DNA from: Bacteroidia bacterium
GTDB taxonomy: Bacteria; Bacteroidota; Bacteroidia; UKL13-3
DNA: 64,000 nucleotides
Direction of reading: 5' to 3'
Assembly (NCBI GenBank): GCA_044353855.1
Contig: JBILBF010000001.1
Coordinates: 54,462-118,461, forward strand
Positions within the stretch are counted from its first letter, which is position 1; each line of letters begins with the position of its first letter. This document shows, piece after piece, positions 1-8,149 of this stretch. A program made the position numbers and the translations under genes. The notes under the pieces are model-generated. The model saw only the letters and a program-made list of their open reading frames with translations. It ran no database searches and had not been told where the DNA came from.

Positions 1-327
1 TTCCCAATAGTTTTCGTATGCTAAACTATCCTCTTTCACCACTAAAAATCCAACAGTTTGGTAGTTTATAAATTTACCTATTAAACTATCTGAAAGTTGT
101 TGTGTGTTATAGTTTATAGAAACTGGCCACGGTTCTGGTTTCCCAATAGTTACCTCATGGTATGGGAATAACTTTAGCTCGTCAATATCAGGACCTGTTT
201 TACCACTTAAAAGGGTCATGTAAACGACTTTGTTTACATACCCATTTCCAGTTACAAACAACCCAACTTCGGCCAACAACATAACGCTGACCAATACTAT
301 TACAATCCATTTGAGTACTTTTTTCAT
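1..327 (-). CDS. Serine hydrolase of the beta-lactamase family; N-terminal part only (the gene runs off the window edge)
   Basis: Reverse-strand ATG at 325-327. Translation MKKVLKWIVIVLVSVMLLA...TVGFLVVKEDSLAYENYWE has a signal/TM segment followed by the typical N-terminal region of a class-C-like serine hydrolase. Not in the ORF track because there is no stop in the window. Confidence 0.5.
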   Translation of the reverse strand, partial: MKKVLKWIVIVLVSVMLLAEVGLFVTGNGYVNKVVYMTLLSGKTGPDIDELKLFPYHEVTIGKPEPWPVSINYNTQQLSDSLIGKFINYQTVGFLVVKEDSLAYENYWE

Positions 328-358
328 AAGCTAGTTTTTAAAAGTTTTCTGTAAGTTT

Positions 359-533
359 AAGCCGCAGATTACATTTTATTGTCATTTGTTTTGTTGCCCC
401 TGATAAGCACAGAATCAGTATCGCGAAAATCAGAGAAAATCCTTACTGAAATAGTCTTAACATAAATCAGTGCTAATCTGTGGCATTTATCCCGAAGACT
501 AAAAATAAATTTAATTAGAGTAATCTGTGGCTA
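359..533. repeat. Copy A of a dispersed intergenic element: AGCCGCAGATT ... AGTCTTAA..AATC(A/T)GTGCTAATCTGTGGCA, plus an extra TAATCTGTGGCTA half-site at 521-533
   Basis: Left end GCCGCAGATT is at 361-370 and right end AGTCTTAACATAAATCAGTGCTAATCTGTGGCA at 453-485. The ends are an imperfect inverted repeat (GCCGCAGATT versus AATCTGTGGC). The same architecture recurs at 28399-28533. Confidence 0.6.
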
Positions 534-707
534 AATCTTTTTTCCTAAGAGCAACTTACTATAATTTTTAGGCAGTTACAAAAATTATTATGGGGCTAAT
601 CATAGCATAAAAACTGCCCTATAAAAATCATAAAAAATATGAAGGTATCATTCTCAAATGCCGAATACTTAGATTATTTTCGCGCCACTTTAACAATCTC
701 CCACAAC

Positions 708-2231
708 ATGCAACAACCTAAAAAAATAGCCAATGCCCTTATTTCTGTATTTTACAAAGACGGTTTGGAGCCCCTTGCCAAAGCTTTAAACCAACTTGGT
801 GTGGCTATTTATTCAACAGGAGGAACGCAAGAGTTTATTGAAAAACTAGGCATAAAAGTAAACGCAGTGGAAGCGTTAACGGGTTATCCAAGTATATTAG
901 GTGGTCGTGTAAAAACGTTACATCCAAAAGTATTTGGGGGTATTTTGGCAAGGCGCTCAAACGAAAAAGACCAGCAAGAAGTAAAAGAATTTGAGATTCC
1001 ATTTTTTGATTTGGTAGTAGTAGATTTATACCCTTTTGAAGAAACCGTAAAATCAACTTCGGAAGAAGCTACCATCATTGAAAAAATAGATATTGGTGGT
1101 GTTTCGTTGATTCGTGCTGCTGCCAAAAATTTTAACGATGTGGTTATTGTTTGCGATAAACATGATTGCCCTATAATTGCCGAAACGTTGTTAGCACAAC
1201 AGGGGCAAACATCCATCGAACAACGCAGAAGTTTTGCTACCAAAGCATTCCATACTACTTCGCATTATGATGGCATGATTTTCAACTATTTCGACAAAGA
1301 AACCACTACTGCCTTTAAAGCAAGTGTTGAACCTGCAAAAGTTTTACGTTATGGCGAAAACCCTCATCAAAAGGGATTATTTTACGGCAACTTAGAACAA
1401 TTGTTTACCCAAAAACATGGCAAAGAATTGTCTTATAATAATTTATTGGATATAGATGCTGCTTTAAATTTAATGAGCGATTTTAGTGAGCCAACAGTTG
1501 CCATTATCAAACATAATAACCCTTGTGGCGTTGCCACTCGAACCACTATTCTTCAAGCATGGAACGATGCATTAGCAGGTGATCCTGTTTCGGCATTTGG
1601 AGGTGTAATTGTTGCCAACAAACCTATTGACGAAGCTACAGCTACCGAGATTGATAAAATTTTTATGGAAGTATTAATTGCCCCTGGATATGAGGGCAAT
1701 GCGCTACATATTTTGCAATCAAAAAAGAACCGCGTGTTATTGCAGTTAAATGGAAACTTACCTAACGGCAAACAATACCGCAGTTTGTTAAATGGAGTGG
1801 TTGAACAAGATAAAAACGAGGTGGTATTAACCAAAGAAAATTTAACCTTGGTAACTACAACTGCTGCAAACGAAAATACCTTAAACGATATGTTGTTTGC
1901 TGATAAAATTGTTAAACATACCAAATCAAACACCATTGTGTTTGCCAAAAACGGACAATTATTAGGCATTGGGTGCGGACAAACTTCTCGTGTTGATGCT
2001 TTGAAACAAGCCATAGCCAAAGCACAAGCTTTTGAATTTGATTTGAACGGAGCAGTAATGAGCAGCGATGCTTTTTTCCCTTTCCCTGATTGTGTGGAGA
2101 TAGCAGATAAAGCAGGCATTAAAAGTGTTATCCAACCTGGTGGTTCTATTAAAGATGATGCAAGTATTACCTATTGCAACAACCATGGAATGGCCATGTA
2201 TTTTACAGGAACAAGGCATTTTAAACATTAG
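708..2231 (+). CDS. purH: Bifunctional AICAR transformylase / IMP cyclohydrolase
   Basis: Strong PurH similarity throughout (MQQ..K.ALISV.DK, GGTQEFIEKLGI, GRVKTLHPKVFGGIL, C-terminal YFTGTRHFKH). The ORF track starts at 639, but the MQQPKK start at 708 matches the canonical PurH N-terminus. Confidence 0.9.
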   Translation: MQQPKKIANALISVFYKDGLEPLAKALNQLGVAIYSTGGTQEFIEKLGIKVNAVEALTGYPSILGGRVKTLHPKVFGGILARRSNEKDQQEVKEFEIPFFDLVVVDLYPFEETVKSTSEEATIIEKIDIGGVSLIRAAAKNFNDVVIVCDKHDCPIIAETLLAQQGQTSIEQRRSFATKAFHTTSHYDGMIFNYFDKETTTAFKASVEPAKVLRYGENPHQKGLFYGNLEQLFTQKHGKELSYNNLLDIDAALNLMSDFSEPTVAIIKHNNPCGVATRTTILQAWNDALAGDPVSAFGGVIVANKPIDEATATEIDKIFMEVLIAPGYEGNALHILQSKKNRVLLQLNGNLPNGKQYRSLLNGVVEQDKNEVVLTKENLTLVTTTAANENTLNDMLFADKIVKHTKSNTIVFAKNGQLLGIGCGQTSRVDALKQAIAKAQAFEFDLNGAVMSSDAFFPFPDCVEIADKAGIKSVIQPGGSIKDDASITYCNNHGMAMYFTGTRHFKH

Positions 2232-2358
2232 TTTGTTTACGTTAAAACAGCTCATACAATTCAATCATCCACACCCTGCGTAAAAATGCACAACGGATAT
2301 TTGAAAAATTATGCTATACTTTGCAAGTAGTTAATTAACCTTAAATAAGAAATAAATA

Positions 2359-3381
2359 ATGGGAATGTTTAGTTTCCTCACGCAGGATTTAGCCATCGAT
2401 TTAGGAACAGCCAATACGCTGATAATACATAAAGATCAGGTAGTTGTGGATGAACCTTCCATCATTGCCATTAACCGTAGAACCGGAAATGTAATAGCAG
2501 TAGGTAGCCAAGCACAACAAATGCATGGTAAGGCGCACGAAGATATTAAGACCATTAGGCCATTGAAAGATGGTGTAATTGCGGATTTTAATGCAGCCGA
2601 ACACATGATTCGTGGTATGATTTCCATGATTCAACAAAGCAATAAATTTATCAAGCCACAACAACGCATGGTTATTTGCATACCATCGGGTATTACCGAA
2701 GTAGAAAAACGTGCAGTAAAAGATAGTGCTGAACGTGCAGGTGCCAAAGAAGTTTATTTAATACACGAACCAATGGCAGCTGCAATTGGAATTGGAATTG
2801 ATGTATTTGAACCCATGGGGAATATGATTATTGATATCGGTGGTGGAACTACCGAAATTGCGGTAATTGCTCTTGCTGGTATAGTTTGCGATCAATCCAT
2901 TCGTGTTGCTGGTGATGAGTTTACGGAAGATATTTTGGATTATATGCGCAGGCAACACAACTTACTGGTTGGTGAACGTACTGCCGAAAGAATTAAAATT
3001 GAAGTGGGTGCTGCACAAACTGAATTGGATAATCCTCCACCCGACTTTGCCGTAAATGGAAGAGATTTGATGACAGGTATTCCCAAACAAATTACTGTAA
3101 CCTACAGCGAAATTGCCGCTGCTTTAGATAAATCCATTTCTAAAATTGAGGAAGCTGTATTGCGTGCATTGGAATTAACGCCACCCGAATTATCGGCCGA
3201 TATTTATTCAACTGGATTGTATTTAACTGGTGGAGGGGCTTTGCTTCGCGGATTGGATAAACGCATATCACAAAAAACAAAATTACCTGTTCACGTTGCC
3301 GATGATCCATTAAGAGCAGTTGTAAGAGGAACAGGAATGGCTCTTAAAAATTTAAAAAACTTTAAGTTTTTGATGACCTAA
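2359..3381 (+). CDS. mreB: Rod shape-determining protein MreB (actin homologue)
   Basis: N-terminus MGMFSFLTQDLAIDLGTANTLII and actin-fold motifs. First gene of the mreBCD-mrdA-rodA cluster. Confidence 0.95.
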   Translation: MGMFSFLTQDLAIDLGTANTLIIHKDQVVVDEPSIIAINRRTGNVIAVGSQAQQMHGKAHEDIKTIRPLKDGVIADFNAAEHMIRGMISMIQQSNKFIKPQQRMVICIPSGITEVEKRAVKDSAERAGAKEVYLIHEPMAAAIGIGIDVFEPMGNMIIDIGGGTTEIAVIALAGIVCDQSIRVAGDEFTEDILDYMRRQHNLLVGERTAERIKIEVGAAQTELDNPPPDFAVNGRDLMTGIPKQITVTYSEIAAALDKSISKIEEAVLRALELTPPELSADIYSTGLYLTGGGALLRGLDKRISQKTKLPVHVADDPLRAVVRGTGMALKNLKNFKFLMT

Positions 3382-3392
3382 ATAGCCTAAAA

Positions 3393-3453
3393 TCGAACTC
3401 TCGAATTTCAAAATTCTCCATTTCGAATTTCGAGGTTCATTATTCGAATTTCA
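3393..3453. promoter_or_regulatory. Array of TCGAATTTC(A/G) motifs in the 78-bp mreB-mreC spacer
   Basis: Units at 3393-3400 (degenerate), 3401-3410, 3423-3433 and 3444-3453. Spacing between unit starts is 22 and 21 bp. The array ends 7 nt before the mreC ATG. Confidence 0.45.
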
Positions 3454-3459
3454 TTCAAG

Positions 3460-4290
3460 ATGCGCAACCTCATATTCTTTATTTATAAATATTATGTGTT
3501 CTTCCTCTTTCTTATATTGGAAGTTGCTGCCTTTGTGCTTATTTATCGATTTAATAATTACCAAAAAGCAAGCTTTGTAAATTACACAACCGGAATTACA
3601 AGTTCTTACTATACAGCTGTTAGCAATACACAAGAATATTTTAATTTACGTAGCGTGAACGATAGTTTACAAGTTGAAAATGCCCGATTGCATTCTCAAC
3701 TCATTACTTCTTATTATAAGAATAGTTTTAATCCTTCTCAAGTAAATGATAGTATTTACAAGCAACAGTATGAATATGTTCCTGCGCAAGTAGTTAGTAA
3801 TTCAGTTACTAAACGTAACAACTATATTACCTTAAACAGAGGTAGGTTGCATGGCATTGAACCAGAAATGGGTGTCATCAGTGAAAATGGAATTGTTGGC
3901 ATTGTGATGAATGTTTCCGACCATTATGCAACAGTCCTTTCCTTGCTTAATAATAATTGTAAGATAAGTGCTAAACTCGAAAAAAATGGCGCATTTGGTT
4001 CATTGGTGTGGGATGGAGCTGACCCTAAGTTTGCTGCACTCAAAGATGTAAACAAACATGTACCTTTAACCACAAACGATAACATCATTACAAGCAACTT
4101 CTCTACTATTTTTCCTGAAGGAATTCCGATTGGAAAAATATATGCTCATAGTTTAGATGCAGGGGATAATTTCCACACCATCAAAATTGAATTGAATACC
4201 GATTTTTCAACCGTATCAACGGTGTATGTGATTCGAAATTTAATGAAACAGGAACAACAAACCATTGAATCAACCATTGTAAACAAGTGA
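3460..4290 (+). CDS. mreC: Rod shape-determining protein MreC
   Basis: Position after mreB; N-terminal TM helix; coiled-coil region (NARLHSQL) and a beta-rich C-terminal domain typical of MreC. The stop overlaps the mreD start (ATGA). Confidence 0.8.
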   Translation: MRNLIFFIYKYYVFFLFLILEVAAFVLIYRFNNYQKASFVNYTTGITSSYYTAVSNTQEYFNLRSVNDSLQVENARLHSQLITSYYKNSFNPSQVNDSIYKQQYEYVPAQVVSNSVTKRNNYITLNRGRLHGIEPEMGVISENGIVGIVMNVSDHYATVLSLLNNNCKISAKLEKNGAFGSLVWDGADPKFAALKDVNKHVPLTTNDNIITSNFSTIFPEGIPIGKIYAHSLDAGDNFHTIKIELNTDFSTVSTVYVIRNLMKQEQQTIESTIVNK

Positions 4291-4808
4291 TTTTAGACTT
4301 TTTCACATACCTATTAAAATTTATTGGCATTGTATTGCTACAGTTGCTGGTTATTAATAATATTGAACTGAGTGGGTATATCAATCCATATGTATACGTC
4401 TCGTTTTTGTTACTTTTACCCATTCGTACCAAAGAATGGAAAGTAGTTATCATTGCTTTTTTAACAGGTGCTGTTATTGATGCTTTTTCAAGTACACCTG
4501 GCTTGCATATTGCTGCTTGTACGTTTATGGGTTTTATGCGCTTTCACTATATACGCACAACCACTAATAAAGAAGATATGGAAGGGAATGTTATACCATC
4601 ACTTTCCCAAAAAGGAATTGTATGGTTTACGGTATATGGTTTTGTGATGATTTTTATGCACCATACCTTATTATTCTTTTTAGAAATTTATGGCTTTCAT
4701 GAATTTTTGGCAACACTCTCTCGTGTGTTTTTGAGTACTTTGGTAACCCTGTTGCTTGTTATTGTAGGGCAATTATTATTTTTCAGAACACCCAAAACCA
4801 ATGGATAG
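4287..4808 (+). CDS. mreD: Rod shape-determining protein MreD (polytopic membrane protein)
   Basis: Small hydrophobic protein encoded between mreC and the PBP2 gene. 4-nt overlap with mreC and 8-nt overlap with mrdA. Confidence 0.7.
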   Translation: MILDFFTYLLKFIGIVLLQLLVINNIELSGYINPYVYVSFLLLLPIRTKEWKVVIIAFLTGAVIDAFSSTPGLHIAACTFMGFMRFHYIRTTTNKEDMEGNVIPSLSQKGIVWFTVYGFVMIFMHHTLLFFLEIYGFHEFLATLSRVFLSTLVTLLLVIVGQLLFFRTPKTNG

Positions 4809-6651
4809 TATAGGCAAACGCAATGTGCTCATCGCCATTTTTGTTGCATTGGCAATGGTTTATTTAATCAGACTCGCTTTTTTGCAATTGTTTGATGATT
4901 CTTATTTGCGTTCGGCACAGGAAAACGTTTTACAAGAACAAACCATATTCCCTGCTCGTGGATTAATATATGATCGCAATGGTGAACTCTTGGTTTACAA
5001 TGATGCTATTTATGATTTAATGGTTATTCCTGATCAGGTAAAAGATTTGGATACTATGGAATTTTGTAAGGTTCTTGGAATTACACAAGAAGGGTTTATC
5101 CAACGTTTCGAAAAAATGAAACGAAGCAAAGGATATGCTCGATACAGAGAACAGGTTTTTGAAAAACAATTGAGCATCCAAACGTACGCTGCATTTCAAG
5201 AAAAAATGTTCGACTTTTTAGGCTTCACAACCATCGTTCGTACTGATCGAAAATATAAATTTAGTGACGCTGCACATGTAATGGGATATATTGGTGAAGT
5301 AACGGATAGAGATATCGAGAAAAGTGGAGAATATTACCGAATGGGAGATTTTATGGGTATCAGTGGAGTTGAAAAGTCATATGAAGAAGTGTTGCGTGGA
5401 CGCAAAGGGGTGAGTTATGTGTTGGTTGATTCCAAAAATAGAACCCAAGGACGATACAAAGATGGTGAATTTGATACCGCTGCTATTGCTGGTCAAAATA
5501 TTGAACTCAGTATTGACCACCAATTGCAAGCATTGGGTGAGCAGTTGCTCAACAATAAAATTGGAAGTGCAGTAGCCATTGATCCAAGCACGGGAGAAAT
5601 TTTAGCATTGGTTGCAAGCCCTACTTACGACCCCAATTTATTTGTTGGTCGCGAACGTGGAAACAACTATATGAAATTACTCCGCGACCCATCTAAACCT
5701 TTATTCAACAGACCCCTTTCTGCACCGTATCCTCCCGGTTCTATTTTTAAAGTATTGATGGCATTAACGGGCCAACAAGAAGGTGTATTAAACCCAAGTA
5801 CTGCTTATGGTTGCCATCATGGATATATGTTTGTGGGTTGTCACCCACATAGTTCACCTCTACAATTAAGAGGTGCCATTGCAGTTTCCTGTAATGCCTA
5901 TTTCTGCCAAGTATACCGAAGTGTAGTCAATAATCCCAGGTATCCCAAAGCTGAAATGGCGTATAAAAATTTTCACAAACACATGGCTAGTTTTGGGTTA
6001 GGAAAAAAACTGGGTGTAGATTTGTATGGCGAAGGTGGAGGATTATTGCCAACCTCCGAATATTATGATCGAATTTATGGTCGCTTTCGCTGGCAAGCAA
6101 CCACCACCATTTCATTAGGAATTGGCCAAGGAGAATTGGGAATTACGCCCTTACAAATGGCAAACGCAACTGCAGCTGTTGCCAATAGAGGATATTATAT
6201 TACACCACATGTGGTAAAAACAATTGATGGAAAGAAAAACCCCAACCCCGAATACAATACCAAACATTGGAGTACAGTAGATACTGCTTATTTCCCCATT
6301 GTGATAGACGGTATGCAGGATGTTGTAGAAGCTGGTACTGCGCGTATTGCAAAACTTCCGGGAATTGAAGTATGCGGTAAAACAGGCACTGCGCAAAACC
6401 CACATGGAAAAGATCACTCTATCTTTTTTGCTTTTGCCCCCAAAACCAATCCCAAAATTGCTATTGCTGTCGTAATTGAAAATGCTGGCTTTGGTGCAAC
6501 TTGGGCGGCCCCTATAGCAAGTTTAATGATGGAACAATACCTTACCGGAAAACACGATACCCGCAAAGCATTATTAGAGCGTATGCTCAAAGGAAACCTT
6601 ATTCATAAAAATGATTCAATCGCAGCAACAACCCAAACCATCAAACGTTGA
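4801..6651 (+). CDS. mrdA: Penicillin-binding protein 2 (peptidoglycan D,D-transpeptidase)
   Basis: N-terminal TM anchor; dimerisation domain; transpeptidase domain with motifs SxxK (GSIFK), SCN and KTGTA. Operon context with rodA. Confidence 0.85.
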   Translation: MDSIGKRNVLIAIFVALAMVYLIRLAFLQLFDDSYLRSAQENVLQEQTIFPARGLIYDRNGELLVYNDAIYDLMVIPDQVKDLDTMEFCKVLGITQEGFIQRFEKMKRSKGYARYREQVFEKQLSIQTYAAFQEKMFDFLGFTTIVRTDRKYKFSDAAHVMGYIGEVTDRDIEKSGEYYRMGDFMGISGVEKSYEEVLRGRKGVSYVLVDSKNRTQGRYKDGEFDTAAIAGQNIELSIDHQLQALGEQLLNNKIGSAVAIDPSTGEILALVASPTYDPNLFVGRERGNNYMKLLRDPSKPLFNRPLSAPYPPGSIFKVLMALTGQQEGVLNPSTAYGCHHGYMFVGCHPHSSPLQLRGAIAVSCNAYFCQVYRSVVNNPRYPKAEMAYKNFHKHMASFGLGKKLGVDLYGEGGGLLPTSEYYDRIYGRFRWQATTTISLGIGQGELGITPLQMANATAAVANRGYYITPHVVKTIDGKKNPNPEYNTKHWSTVDTAYFPIVIDGMQDVVEAGTARIAKLPGIEVCGKTGTAQNPHGKDHSIFFAFAPKTNPKIAIAVVIENAGFGATWAAPIASLMMEQYLTGKHDTRKALLERMLKGNLIHKNDSIAATTQTIKR

Positions 6652-7891
6652 TTGGCTAACCCTCGTGTTGTATTACACGTTTGTTATTGCAGGTCTGCTA
6701 TGTATTTATGCATCGGTTTACCGCGAATCCAATCCGTATATTTATGATAACACTATGAATTATGGCAAACAACTCATTTGGATTGGTATTTCTTCTTTTA
6801 TAGGATTGCTTATTTTATTGGTTGACGAAAAATTTTTCTACGCCTTTTCGTATCCCATTTATGTTATAAGCATGCTCTTATTATTAGCCGTACTTGCTTT
6901 TGCCACTACCGTAAAAGGTTCGAGTTCATGGATAGAAATTGGTGGGTTTAGAATGCAACCTGCCGAGTTTGCAAAATTTGCCACAGCGTTGGCACTGGCA
7001 AAGTATTTAGGAGGCTTTAATATTAAATTTAGCAACCGAAAAACACAACTCATTGCCGGTGGTATGATCCTATTGCCGATGGTAATTATTTTGTTGCAAA
7101 ATGAAACTGGAAGTGCGCTCGTATTTGCCTCTTTTATTTTTATGTTGTACCGCGAAGGATTGCCGGGCTATTTTTTATTTATAGGATTTATGCTGGCTTT
7201 ATTAGCTGTGTTGGCACTCGTTATTCCATCAATCTATTTAAGTATTGCCATAACCATAATAGCTGGTTTGTTAACGTTAATCATTCGAAGAAACAGGCAA
7301 AATTTATTAATAGTAGCAACTGTTGCCATCCTAGCTATAGGATATGTAAGCAGTATTGGTTATGCGTTCGAAAACATATTGCAACCGCATCAAAAATCGC
7401 GTATCAATGTATTGTTGGGTAAAGAAGTAGATTTAAAAGGTGCTGGTTACAACGTACAACAATCCAAAATTGCCATTGGTTCGGGTGGGTTTTTGGGCAA
7501 AGGTTTTTTGGAAGGAACACAAAATAAGTTTCGATTTGTACCCGAACAAAGCACCGATTTTATTTTTTGTACCATAGGCGAAGAATATGGATTTATTGGC
7601 TCTGCTGTTTTTGTTCTATTATACATTCTGCTGCTATGGCGCATACTGGTAATGGCCGAGAGGCAACGCCAAAAATTTAACCGCATTTATGGGTATTGTG
7701 TAGCCTCTATTTTATTTTTTCACTTTGCCATTAATATTGGTATGACATTGGGATTATTGCCCGTAATCGGAATCCCTCTTCCGTTTTTTAGTTATGGTGG
7801 TTCTGCCTTATTAAGTTTCACTATTTTACTCTTCATTTTTATCCGTTTGGATGCCAATAGGCAAAATGAATTAAGAGGTGCGTTTGAATAG
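6611..7891 (+). CDS. rodA: Peptidoglycan glycosyltransferase RodA (FtsW/RodA/SpoVE family)
   Basis: About 10 TM helices; conserved NVDW start region; C-terminal PLPFFSYGGSALL motif. The only ATG start gives a 41-nt overlap with mrdA. Confidence 0.85.
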   Translation: MIQSQQQPKPSNVDWLTLVLYYTFVIAGLLCIYASVYRESNPYIYDNTMNYGKQLIWIGISSFIGLLILLVDEKFFYAFSYPIYVISMLLLLAVLAFATTVKGSSSWIEIGGFRMQPAEFAKFATALALAKYLGGFNIKFSNRKTQLIAGGMILLPMVIILLQNETGSALVFASFIFMLYREGLPGYFLFIGFMLALLAVLALVIPSIYLSIAITIIAGLLTLIIRRNRQNLLIVATVAILAIGYVSSIGYAFENILQPHQKSRINVLLGKEVDLKGAGYNVQQSKIAIGSGGFLGKGFLEGTQNKFRFVPEQSTDFIFCTIGEEYGFIGSAVFVLLYILLLWRILVMAERQRQKFNRIYGYCVASILFFHFAINIGMTLGLLPVIGIPLPFFSYGGSALLSFTILLFIFIRLDANRQNELRGAFE

Positions 7892-8066
7892 CAACAACCA
7901 ACCTTCCACCAATTTCTTTTAATTGTTTGCTTATATACATTTTTCGTAAAAAAGATTAAAAAAGTATAGATTTTAAAAAATATTTATGATTTTATGATTT
8001 TATTCATAATTTAGCTTATTAATTTTTTCTAAGCACTTTAACATAAATAACAAATCAATGCTTCAT

Positions 8067-8074
8067 TATTTTTG
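8067..8074 (+). promoter_or_regulatory. Candidate Bacteroidetes -7 promoter box (TAnnTTTG) for the giant adhesin gene
   Basis: TATTTTTG lies about 75 nt upstream of the ATG at 8150 in an AT-rich 258-bp spacer. No clear -33 TTTG was seen. Confidence 0.3.
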
Positions 8075-8149
8075 CATTATGTAATTATTTGAAACGTACT
8101 TTAAACAAAAAACTTAAACATAAATTAAATAAAAACTAACACAATCAAT

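Noticed and set aside
639-707. Upstream extension of purH from the ORF-track start at 639
   Set aside because: The canonical PurH N-terminus (MQQ..K.ALISV.DK) begins at 708. The extension MKVSFSNAEYLDYFRATLTISHN has no counterpart in PurH.
3393-3453. Possibility that the TCGAATTTC repeats are a CRISPR array
   Set aside because: Units are only 9-11 nt with irregular short spacers, no cas genes are nearby, and the same motif recurs at four other loci just upstream of start codons.
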